64,000 nucleotides of DNA from NCBI GenBank assembly GCA_964653195.1, contig CAZZCX010000003.1:11688-75687 (forward strand). Reading direction: 5' to 3'. The position numbers were made by a program, and so were the translations under genes. Positions within the stretch are counted from its first letter, which is position 1, and every line of letters begins with the position of its first letter. Source of the DNA: an uncultured Gammaproteobacteria bacterium. GTDB taxonomy: Bacteria > Patescibacteriota > Microgenomatia > Levybacterales > UBA12049. Of this stretch, positions 10,628-18,971 are shown in pieces. The notes under the pieces were generated by a model. It saw nothing but the letters and a program-made list of their open reading frames with translations. It was not told where the DNA came from and made no database searches.

Positions 10628-11296
10628 CTAAGACGGTTTCTGGAGTTTCTTAAGTGCTTCTTTGGCTGCTGCTTCTTCTGCTTCCTGCTTGGACTTGCCT
10701 ACTCCTTGGCCCATGATTTCATCCTGAATCAGGACTCCTATAGTAAAAATCTTAGCATGAGGTGGTCCTTCTTCTTCTAAGACTTTATATATTGGAGAAT
10801 TCTGTTTTTGGGATTGGACAAACTCCTGTAGTAAGCTTTTTGGATCTTTAAATGCTTTTTTTGACACTATAACGTCAATTTTTGGTGCCAGAATGGATAG
10901 TATGAATTCTTTAACTGCTTCTATCCCCTGATCTATAAATAGTGCGCCTATAACAGCCTCAACTACATTTGCAAGGAGTGATTCGTTTTCTCTCCCATTG
11001 GACTCTTCTTCTCCTCTGGAAAGCATTAAGAATTGACCTAGCTTAAACTCTATAGCAATTTTAGCCAGGCTTTTAGTGTTTACGACTAGAGATCGGATAT
11101 TTGTAAGAATTCCTTCGTCGTAGTCGGGAAACGTGTCATAAAGGTACTTAGATACCACAAACGAGAGTATACTATCACCTAAAAACTCCAGTCTTTCATT
11201 AGAAGAGAGTTTTTCTTTAGTTTCGTTTAGATAGGATCTATGTATAAAGGCTTGCTTAAGAAGCGTTTTATCTTTAAATTCAGGTAGTCTATTCAT
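10628..11296 (-). CDS. rnc: Ribonuclease III
   Basis: NERLEFLGD signature; dsRBD DPKSLLQE...GPPH. Confidence 0.97.
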   Translation of the reverse strand: MNRLPEFKDKTLLKQAFIHRSYLNETKEKLSSNERLEFLGDSILSFVVSKYLYDTFPDYDEGILTNIRSLVVNTKSLAKIAIEFKLGQFLMLSRGEEESNGRENESLLANVVEAVIGALFIDQGIEAVKEFILSILAPKIDVIVSKKAFKDPKSLLQEFVQSQKQNSPIYKVLEEEGPPHAKIFTIGVLIQDEIMGQGVGKSKQEAEEAAAKEALKKLQKPS

Positions 11297-11639
11297 TTTT
11301 CAATATATTTCCTAGTGCGCCGTTAATAAATGCAGGGCTAGTATCGTTTGCGAATTCTTTTGCAAGCTCAATAGCTTCATCTATAATAACATTTGCAGGT
11401 TCAGTTTTCTCTATAAGCAATTCGTACACAGCTAGCCTAAGAATAGCCAAATCGATCTTATTTATTTTATCAATTGGGAATTCAGGTGCAGCTTTTTGTA
11501 TTTGTAGATCAAGCTGCTCTTTATTTTGTAATATTATCTTAATTTCTGGTTTGGTAGATTGATCGTGAAAGTCTACCTTAAATAGTTCTTGAATTAAATT
11601 TTGCCTGTGTTTATGCCTCGGATCTGTAGATGTTTTCAT
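11289..11639 (-). CDS. nusB: Transcription antitermination factor NusB
   Basis: IDLAILRLAVYEL, IIDEAIELAKEF, FINGALG. Confidence 0.93.
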   Translation of the reverse strand: MKTSTDPRHKHRQNLIQELFKVDFHDQSTKPEIKIILQNKEQLDLQIQKAAPEFPIDKINKIDLAILRLAVYELLIEKTEPANVIIDEAIELAKEFANDTSPAFINGALGNILKNE

Positions 11640-11709
11640 TGTTATTTAGCCAATATAGACTTAGCTTGGGGTTTTGAGTAGCTTTGCGGAATAAATGTTC
11701 CCGAAACTA

Positions 11710-11745
11710 CCTGTCCGCAATGCTACGCAAAACGTTGCAGGCGGG
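11710..11745. repeat. GC-rich imperfect palindrome (REP-like) between rpmF and nusB
   Basis: CCTGTCCGCAATGCT-ACGCAA-AACGTTGCAGGCGGG. Confidence 0.55.
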
Positions 11746-11768
11746 AGCTAAACTCTATGCTAAGACAA

Positions 11769-11960
11769 TTATTTCTGATTTGTTTTAACCTGTATTACTT
11801 TATTGCCTTTATAATAACCGCATGATGGGCAAACAATGTGAAATAGAATACTTTCTTTACAATTACTGCATTTAGTCAGTTTTTGTAGAGTTAAGTGGAT
11901 ACTTGCTCTTCTTTTGCCCTGTCGGGCTCTGGAATGTCTTTTTTTAGGCTCTTGGGACAT
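11769..11960 (-). CDS. rpmF: 50S ribosomal protein L32
   Basis: PKKRHSRARQGKRR; CxxC...CxxCGYYKG. Confidence 0.95.
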   Translation of the reverse strand: MSQEPKKRHSRARQGKRRASIHLTLQKLTKCSNCKESILFHIVCPSCGYYKGNKVIQVKTNQK

Positions 11961-12105
11961 AAATTAATAGTTATGAATTATAAGTGATAAATTATGAGTT
12001 GTTTAAACTTAAAACTTAGGACTCGCGACTCATAGCTTATTATTGTATTGTACCCTATCCCAGCCTCGCTTGCAACGGGTAAATAGTCTAAAATTTAAAT
12101 ATAAT

Positions 12106-13191
12106 TTAATTTGATAGATATAATAAGTGATTTAAGAGCATTGCAAAGTCTGTTTTTTGATGAGCAGGAAAATTCGCTATTCTTATTTGCTTTTCCTTCA
12201 TTGATCCGTATCCTGAGCCTAATATAAACCCTTTTGTTTTTATTGATTCAATAATTGACTTAGAGCCATTTGGCGTAGATATGACTATAGTAGTTTTGGA
12301 TCGTAATTTTGCGTTTTTTACAAAAAGAAATAAATTTTCTTGTTTTTCAAAGAAATCATATAGTAGATTACTTTTTTCCTCTGTATCTTTTCTAATTTGC
12401 TGTATACCGGTATTTAGCATATCTTTTGAAATTTTATCTAGAAGATAAATACTTAATACATTCGGTGTTTCTGGAGTCTGGAATATCTTATTTTGCTTAC
12501 TAAGCGAGGCAAATGAATGGTAACTTCCTGTAGACAGCCCTTTCTTATTAAGAAACACAGATTTTTCGTAAGCTCTAGGACTAATAATTAATACCCCCAA
12601 CCCGGAAGGCATTCCGAACCCTTTCTGTACGGAGAAGAAAACGCAGTCAAGTAATTTAAAGGGTAAATTTACGTAAGGTACTGATGATACTATGTCTACA
12701 GCAATTAGCACCTTAGGGTAACGTTTAGCTAAATATTCAATTTCATTAATTGGAATTGAGACACCCGTACTCGTTTCATTTTGAGTTAGCGCGATAAGTT
12801 CAGTTTTAGGCGAAATTTGTATTTTTTTTATATCACACCATTCGCCTAGCTCTATATTGTTAGAAGATGCGTTTTTTTTAAGATTAAGTCCAATGTCACA
12901 AAATTTTTTAGAAAAACTGCCATTAACAAAATGAAAACTTTTTATTTCTACTGTATTTTGGATTATCCTTTCCATGGCTTCAGTTGCTGAAGAAAGAAAG
13001 AATATACTGAAATCTTGCGGAACTCCTAATAAGTGACGTATATTATCAATTGCGGATTTATAAATTTCATGAAATCTCTCACTTCTATGAGAAATTGATA
13101 ATATATCTTCTGCAAATGCATTATTGATATGTTGTTCAACCGTTGGATAAAGTTGTGAAGGTCCAGGCGTGAAGAAAATTAGCTTTTGCAT
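12106..13191 (-). CDS. serC: Phosphoserine aminotransferase (class V PLP)
   Basis: FTPGPS, NETSTGV, FSVQKGFG, TPETPN; directly after serA. Confidence 0.88.
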   Translation of the reverse strand: MQKLIFFTPGPSQLYPTVEQHINNAFAEDILSISHRSERFHEIYKSAIDNIRHLLGVPQDFSIFFLSSATEAMERIIQNTVEIKSFHFVNGSFSKKFCDIGLNLKKNASSNNIELGEWCDIKKIQISPKTELIALTQNETSTGVSIPINEIEYLAKRYPKVLIAVDIVSSVPYVNLPFKLLDCVFFSVQKGFGMPSGLGVLIISPRAYEKSVFLNKKGLSTGSYHSFASLSKQNKIFQTPETPNVLSIYLLDKISKDMLNTGIQQIRKDTEEKSNLLYDFFEKQENLFLFVKNAKLRSKTTIVISTPNGSKSIIESIKTKGFILGSGYGSMKEKQIRIANFPAHQKTDFAMLLNHLLYLSN

Positions 13192-13193
13192 GT

Positions 13194-15095
13194 CTAATAA
13201 AGTATTCTAAAGCGAATTGTATTGGTTATATTTTTTAATTCCTCTATAACTGACTGACTATAATTTTTATAAACGTCAGTTATCACATAGCCAATTTCCT
13301 CATTTGTTTTAAGATATTGACCTTCAATATTGATTTTATTTTGTGCGAATACTTTATTTAGATCGGAGAGTACACCAGGCTGATTTTTATGAATATGAAT
13401 AAACCGATGAGCTTTTTTAAGCTTAGGTAGCTGAATATTAGGGAAGTTTACACTATGTGCCGTATTCCCTGTATTTACAAAACTTATTAATTTTTCGGAC
13501 ATAAACTCTGCGATATTTTTTTGTCCTTCTTCTGTACCGGCACCAATATGTGGAGTAAGTATTACATTTGGAAGCCCTTGAAGAAATGACGTAAATTTTT
13601 CATTATTGCTTCTCGGTTCGTTTGGGAATACATCTATTGCAGCTCCGTGAATTTTGCCATTTTTAATGAAGCTTACAAGAGGTAAGACGTCAACCACTAA
13701 CCCTCTACTGCAATTAATGAAAATTACTCCATCTTTCATTTTCGAAAACTCGTTTGAACCTATAAGATTAATGTTTTCTTTTCTACCATCTACATGGATA
13801 GTTATAATGTCTGAGATTCTTAGCAGCTCTTCAAGCGTTTTGCAGCGTTTGGCATTACCGAGTGCTAATTTATCAGTGACATCGAAATAATAAACTTCCA
13901 TACCGAGATTTTCAGCTAGAACTGAAAGCTGAGATCCGATATTTCCATAACCTACAATTCCTAGTTTTTTTCCTCTTATCTCGTGACAGTTCAATGCTGA
14001 TTTATCCCATATACCTGCGTGCATTTTTTGTGATTTATCAAAAACACGGCGATTTAACATAATTATATTTCCGATTGTGAGCTCGACAACACTTCGCGTA
14101 TTACTAAACGGTGCATTAAAAACACTAATTCCTGAAGTTGAGCATGCTGATAAATCAACATTATTCGTACCTATTCCAAATACACCAATGGATAATAATT
14201 TATTAGCATGAAGTAGAATATCTTTTTGAATTTTTGTTTTCGATCTGATACCGAGTATTGATACACTTGGAATAACTCTCCTTAATTCCTCTGTACTTAA
14301 AGAACCGTTAAATGTTTCTACCTTATATCCTTCGCTGAAAAGTATATTTTCAGCTTTAGAGTGGATATTCTCTAGAAGTAACACTTTCATCATAGTTTTA
14401 GGGTATGAAAGTGCGCGTGGTAATTTTAGTTTAAAAAGTATTTCATCGAACGAAGCAGTTACGTAATCAGCTTTGTCCATGACTACCTGCCGTTTTATAT
14501 TTTCGGTAAATGCAAAAAATTTTTCAGCACTACCATTTTCTTTAATTTGATAATCGGTAAATCCATCCCCTATAATGTAAATTTTTCCTTGTAGATTTAA
14601 TTTTTCAATTGCTTTTATTTTACCTCTATCTTGACTTAACGGGTTTTTTTCATCAAATCCGATTACTAAACCCTTATTATCGAATTGGAAAGTATTTGCT
14701 AATACATGTTTTTCTGTTATGCCGTAAGATTTAACTACAGGAGTGATAAATTCTTTGAACCCACCTGAAATAACATAAATTTGCTCTGCATAATTTTTAA
14801 AGAAATCTCTATTATTCTTCACGGACTTTGTTATGTGATTCTTAATTAATCTTATTAACTTATGAATATCATTTTTATCTGTTTGGAACAAAAGTAGTCT
14901 TTTACGTAAAGATTCATTGAAGCTAATTTTTCCTTCCATGCCCAAATTTGTAATTCTTGAAACTTCTTTTAGTATTTCTTCCTTTCCTGATTTATCTTTC
15001 AAAGTGATTTTTGCCAATTCTTCTAATGATTCGACAGTTACAAATGTACTGTCAAAGTCGATAATAAAATAAGTGTTTTTGCTCAATGGTTTCAT
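13194..15095 (-). CDS. serA: Fused HAD phosphoserine phosphatase + D-3-phosphoglycerate dehydrogenase + ACT domain
   Basis: N-terminal DFDST...SGGF...GDGFTD (HAD-IB); then GIRS, NAPFSNTRSV, GYGNIG, LTPHIG; C-terminal ACT (HKNQPGVL). Confidence 0.92.
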   Translation of the reverse strand: MKPLSKNTYFIIDFDSTFVTVESLEELAKITLKDKSGKEEILKEVSRITNLGMEGKISFNESLRKRLLLFQTDKNDIHKLIRLIKNHITKSVKNNRDFFKNYAEQIYVISGGFKEFITPVVKSYGITEKHVLANTFQFDNKGLVIGFDEKNPLSQDRGKIKAIEKLNLQGKIYIIGDGFTDYQIKENGSAEKFFAFTENIKRQVVMDKADYVTASFDEILFKLKLPRALSYPKTMMKVLLLENIHSKAENILFSEGYKVETFNGSLSTEELRRVIPSVSILGIRSKTKIQKDILLHANKLLSIGVFGIGTNNVDLSACSTSGISVFNAPFSNTRSVVELTIGNIIMLNRRVFDKSQKMHAGIWDKSALNCHEIRGKKLGIVGYGNIGSQLSVLAENLGMEVYYFDVTDKLALGNAKRCKTLEELLRISDIITIHVDGRKENINLIGSNEFSKMKDGVIFINCSRGLVVDVLPLVSFIKNGKIHGAAIDVFPNEPRSNNEKFTSFLQGLPNVILTPHIGAGTEEGQKNIAEFMSEKLISFVNTGNTAHSVNFPNIQLPKLKKAHRFIHIHKNQPGVLSDLNKVFAQNKINIEGQYLKTNEEIGYVITDVYKNYSQSVIEELKNITNTIRFRILY

Positions 15096-15252
15096 GATTA
15101 ATTAATAAATTTCTTTGTTGTTTATAATACTTTTTGTTTATATCTGCCTATATTTATGCTCAGCTTATGGTTGTCATCCATTTAAATGAAATATTTATTT
15201 TGGCAGACTATGTTTATTTAAGTAAAATATAAAAATTTAGTAAGTTACACAT

Positions 15253-15273
15253 AAAAAAACTCCCTTTCGGGAG
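15253..15273 (-). terminator. Attenuator terminator of the ser operon
   Basis: Minus strand CTCCC-GAAA-GGGAG-T7. Confidence 0.85.
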
Positions 15274-15303
15274 ATGGTTTATAAAATACATTTTTCCACC
15301 TCC

Positions 15304-15363
15304 CTAGCTAAAGGTAGCGGATGATGGTGAAAAATTATTTGTTAATTGGACTCTAGTATTCAT
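15304..15363 (-). CDS. Ser-rich leader peptide MNTRVQLTNNFSPSSATFS
   Basis: Hand-translated 19-aa ORF; 4 Ser in last 8 codons; followed by GGGAGGTGG, which can pair with the terminator 5' arm. Confidence 0.8.
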   Translation of the reverse strand: MNTRVQLTNNFSPSSATFS

Positions 15364-15385
15364 AGATAATATTTAATCAATTCAA

Positions 15386-15414
15386 ATACTACAAGAGTTT
15401 CAATGGATAGTCAA
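15386..15414 (-). promoter_or_regulatory. Sigma70-type promoter of the ser leader
   Basis: TTGACT-N17-TAGTAT. Confidence 0.6.
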
Positions 15415-15436
15415 TAGTTATTTATTGTTAGATTTA

Positions 15437-17530
15437 TTAATCAGGTGAAATAATTGATGTAGTGATTTCATTTAATTTCTTTTCAAGCGATGGATAATCT
15501 GATAATGCTGAAAATATTTGTTCGGCTTCTAATTTACTATTTTTAATAATTGTAAAATCTGAAAAACTAGCTGCTTTTAACTTAGGTATACCTGATTGAG
15601 TAGTTCCAAAAATATCTCCAGGTCCTCGGAGTCGAAGATCAAGCTCCGACAACTCGGCACCTATATGCATCCTTTCCATAGCTTTTAGACGAGTTAATGT
15701 TTGTGTGGATTTAGTATCGCTGAAAAGTAAACAATACGATTGCTTGTCATCTCTGCCCACCCTCCCTCTTAGTTGATGAAGCTGACTTAAGCCAAATCTT
15801 TCCGCTGCCTCTATGAGTATGATTGTAGCGTTAGGTATATCAATACCTACTTCTACTACAGGTGTCGCTATAAGAATATCTGACTTTTTATCTTTAAAAC
15901 TGGTAAGTATTTGGTCTTTTTCCTTCGCTTTAAGTTTTCCATGGAGCATCTCAAGACGTAAGTCAGGAAACACATTAGTTTTTAAGCGCTCAAATTCTAC
16001 TTTCGCTGCTTTTACTGAAAGTAAATTTTCAGATTCCTCTATGAAAGGACAGATTATAAAAACCTGAGTTCCTAATTCGTTTATTTGTTTACGGATCCAG
16101 TCATATGCAGCTTCCCGTTTTTCCTCTGGTACAAGCCATGTCTTAATACGTTTTCGACCTTTAGGGAGCTCATTGAGATATGAGATATCCAGATCACCAT
16201 ATGCCGTAAGTGCGACAGTTCTTGGGATGGGTGTTGCAGTCATGGTAAGGAAATGTGGATTTCTACCTTTAAGCCTAATAATACTTCTCTGCTCTACCCC
16301 AAATCTTTGCTGTTCATCTACTATCACTAACCCAAGCTTATTAAACTGTATTTTTTCACTTAAAACAGCGTGTGTACCTATTAGAATATCAGTATCCTGT
16401 AACGATTTGTCAATTGAATGTTTTAATTTCTTGCTACCTGCTACTTGATTCTTAGTCCTTTTTTGTGATCTTGTTACTAAATCGATTTTAAGATTAAAGG
16501 GAGTTAGGAATTGACTAATAGTTTTATAGTGTTGCTCTGCTAGTATCTCAGTCGGTGCCATTAATACTGATTGAAATCCATTGAGGTAAGATATATATAA
16601 GGCATAAATTCCGACGATTGTTTTTCCGCTCCCTACATCTCCCTGAAGAAGTCTGTTCATGGGTTTTTCTTTTGACATATCTTTTAATATTTCCTTTATT
16701 GCTTTCTCTTGAGTTTCAGTTAGAGTAAAAGGTATAGATTTATTAAATATACTTACTTTTTCTTGATACTTATTTGAAGACATAGGATATCCTTTTACAT
16801 TTTTATCCCATTCAGTTCTGCGTTTCTTAGATTTCAATTGCAGTAAGAATAATTCATCAAATGCTAATCTTTCGCGAGCCTGTTTCACATCATCTAATTT
16901 TTTTGGAAAATGAACTTGTGTTAATGCATCATATAGACTGGGGTATGAGTATTTAGAGGTAATGGAATCTGGTAATATATCAATAATTTCGTTATTGAAT
17001 TCTTTTAATATTAAATTTATTTGTTTTCTTAGCCACTTTGAAGTAATACCCTTCGTTTCAGGATAAATTGGTACCAACCGTCCAGTATGAAGTTGATTTT
17101 CATTACGACTATTTTCAGTAGCTAATATTTCATAATCAGGGGACGTTATAACAAATTTATTCTTGAATATGTCAACTTTACCTGAAAGAGATATCTTGTC
17201 ATTTACGTGAATATATTTTGTCAAAAAGGGCTGGTTATACCAAACTACTTCAATTGAGCCTGTTTCATCAGCTATAATCGCTTTTTGTATTTTTCGAAAT
17301 TTTCTTGTGAACACGTTCTCAATTGATATGACTTGTCCATGAATAGTTACGACTTCACCTGCTTGAACCTGATTTATTTTTGAGATTAACGAAAAGTCAT
17401 CATAGCGGAAAGGTAAATGCCAGAGAAAATCATTTAATGTGAAAATATTAAGCTTTTCAAGTCTTCCTGAGAATAATTTATAAATTCTACCTGCGTTTTT
17501 TAGAGAAGTTTGCAGTGTAATTTTATCCAT
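15437..17530 (-). CDS. recG: ATP-dependent DNA helicase RecG
   Basis: RLLQGDVGSGKT, DEQQRFG, MTATPIPRT, QLHQLRGRVGR. Confidence 0.97.
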   Translation of the reverse strand: MDKITLQTSLKNAGRIYKLFSGRLEKLNIFTLNDFLWHLPFRYDDFSLISKINQVQAGEVVTIHGQVISIENVFTRKFRKIQKAIIADETGSIEVVWYNQPFLTKYIHVNDKISLSGKVDIFKNKFVITSPDYEILATENSRNENQLHTGRLVPIYPETKGITSKWLRKQINLILKEFNNEIIDILPDSITSKYSYPSLYDALTQVHFPKKLDDVKQARERLAFDELFLLQLKSKKRRTEWDKNVKGYPMSSNKYQEKVSIFNKSIPFTLTETQEKAIKEILKDMSKEKPMNRLLQGDVGSGKTIVGIYALYISYLNGFQSVLMAPTEILAEQHYKTISQFLTPFNLKIDLVTRSQKRTKNQVAGSKKLKHSIDKSLQDTDILIGTHAVLSEKIQFNKLGLVIVDEQQRFGVEQRSIIRLKGRNPHFLTMTATPIPRTVALTAYGDLDISYLNELPKGRKRIKTWLVPEEKREAAYDWIRKQINELGTQVFIICPFIEESENLLSVKAAKVEFERLKTNVFPDLRLEMLHGKLKAKEKDQILTSFKDKKSDILIATPVVEVGIDIPNATIILIEAAERFGLSQLHQLRGRVGRDDKQSYCLLFSDTKSTQTLTRLKAMERMHIGAELSELDLRLRGPGDIFGTTQSGIPKLKAASFSDFTIIKNSKLEAEQIFSALSDYPSLEKKLNEITTSIISPD

Positions 17531-17567
17531 TTACAAATATAAATTATATTTAATAGGAAACTAAATC

Positions 17568-17672
17568 CTAAAAATACATTAAATAAGGAAGAAAAGAGGT
17601 AGCTATCATCGCAATAACAGCGAATATCATTATTATTCTGAAAATTTTTTTATGTTTTCGTACGAAATTCAT
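17568..17672 (-). CDS. Unannotated 34-aa single-TM protein MNFVRKHKKIFRIIMIFAVIAMIATSFLPYLMYF
   Basis: Hand-translated; basic N-terminus then hydrophobic helix; co-oriented between tyrS and recG. Confidence 0.65.
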   Translation of the reverse strand: MNFVRKHKKIFRIIMIFAVIAMIATSFLPYLMYF

Positions 17673-17706
17673 AGAATTTATGTATCTTATAACTTATAAC
17701 TTGTTA

Positions 17707-18897
17707 CTAGTTACCTGTAGCTATTCTAGCAAATCTTCTTTTTCCTACTCTTATTATCATATCATTTTTTATTAAAATTATTTTATTAGGATTCGTAATC
17801 CTTTCTTCGTCAATTTCTACCCCTCCTTGTTCTATTAGTCGTTTTGCTTCAGCTTTGCTCTTGCTGAATTTTATAAGCATTAATAAATCTGCAACTTCAA
17901 CTTGATTTTGTCCAGAATAGTGATGTAGTGGTAAATCTAAAGGAACTATCTTTTGCTGAATAGTTTTTTCAAAATGTTCTTTAGCATTTTCAGCAAGCGT
18001 TGCGTCATGTATGTCATTAATGACATTAAAAGCCAATAGTTTTTTTACCTCCATTGGATTTCTACCATTTTCTAATCCGTTTGCGATATTTTTAATTTCA
18101 CTTACGGAAAAGTTTGTGCAAAGTGTTAAATATTCGATAATAAGTTCATCTTTTATAGCCATAATTTTAGCAAAAATATTTTCCGGAGTATCATCAATCC
18201 AAATAGCATTGTTCCAGGTTTTGCTCATTTTTCTTCCATCTGTACCCGACAAGAATGTATTCGTCATAACAAATGATTCTTTTGAGCGCAAATTCTTTTG
18301 TAAAATTCTTCCTGCTTGCATATTGAAAGTTTGGTCAGTACCTCCAAGTTGTAAATCGGTATCCATTATATAACTGTCATATCCCTGCATAATTGGATAA
18401 AGCACTTCGTCAAGTCTAACTCTCTTCCCTTCAGTAAGACGTTTTTTAATAAGTTCACGGCTAATAAAGTCATTCATTGAGAAATTTTGAGTAAGTTTTA
18501 TTATTTCAGAAAAGGTTAATTTTCCAAGCCATTCACTGTTATGCACTATTTCAATCTTATTGAAGTCTATTATTTTCTCTGCTTGTTGTTTATATGTTTG
18601 AAAGTTAAATTTTATTTCTTCTGGAGTAAGTATAGGACGTTCTGATTCTTTATCTGATGTGTCACCAACTAGAGTAGTAAAATCACCAATAAGAAATGTT
18701 ACTTTATGACCTAATTCTGAAAATTGTTGGAGCTTTCTGAGTGGAACAGCATGACCTAAATGAATTCTTGTCATTGTGGGATCTATCCCGAGGTAAATAT
18801 TAAGAATTTTTCCTGCTTCGAGAACTTTTTTAAGTTCTTCTTTTCCTGGAATTATATTTGCTACCCCTCTTGTTAGTAGCTCTTCAATTTTATCCAT
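17707..18897 (-). CDS. tyrS: Tyrosine--tRNA ligase
   Basis: GIDPT..HLGH, QGYDS, GGTDQ, KMSKT, C-terminal S4 domain. Confidence 0.97.
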   Translation of the reverse strand: MDKIEELLTRGVANIIPGKEELKKVLEAGKILNIYLGIDPTMTRIHLGHAVPLRKLQQFSELGHKVTFLIGDFTTLVGDTSDKESERPILTPEEIKFNFQTYKQQAEKIIDFNKIEIVHNSEWLGKLTFSEIIKLTQNFSMNDFISRELIKKRLTEGKRVRLDEVLYPIMQGYDSYIMDTDLQLGGTDQTFNMQAGRILQKNLRSKESFVMTNTFLSGTDGRKMSKTWNNAIWIDDTPENIFAKIMAIKDELIIEYLTLCTNFSVSEIKNIANGLENGRNPMEVKKLLAFNVINDIHDATLAENAKEHFEKTIQQKIVPLDLPLHHYSGQNQVEVADLLMLIKFSKSKAEAKRLIEQGGVEIDEERITNPNKIILIKNDMIIRVGKRRFARIATGN

Positions 18898-18971
18898 ATT
18901 GGGAGTATAACATATTTTTTATTACAATTTTGGTTGCTATCAGCTTTTTTGGTATACTATAGTTTGCAGGT

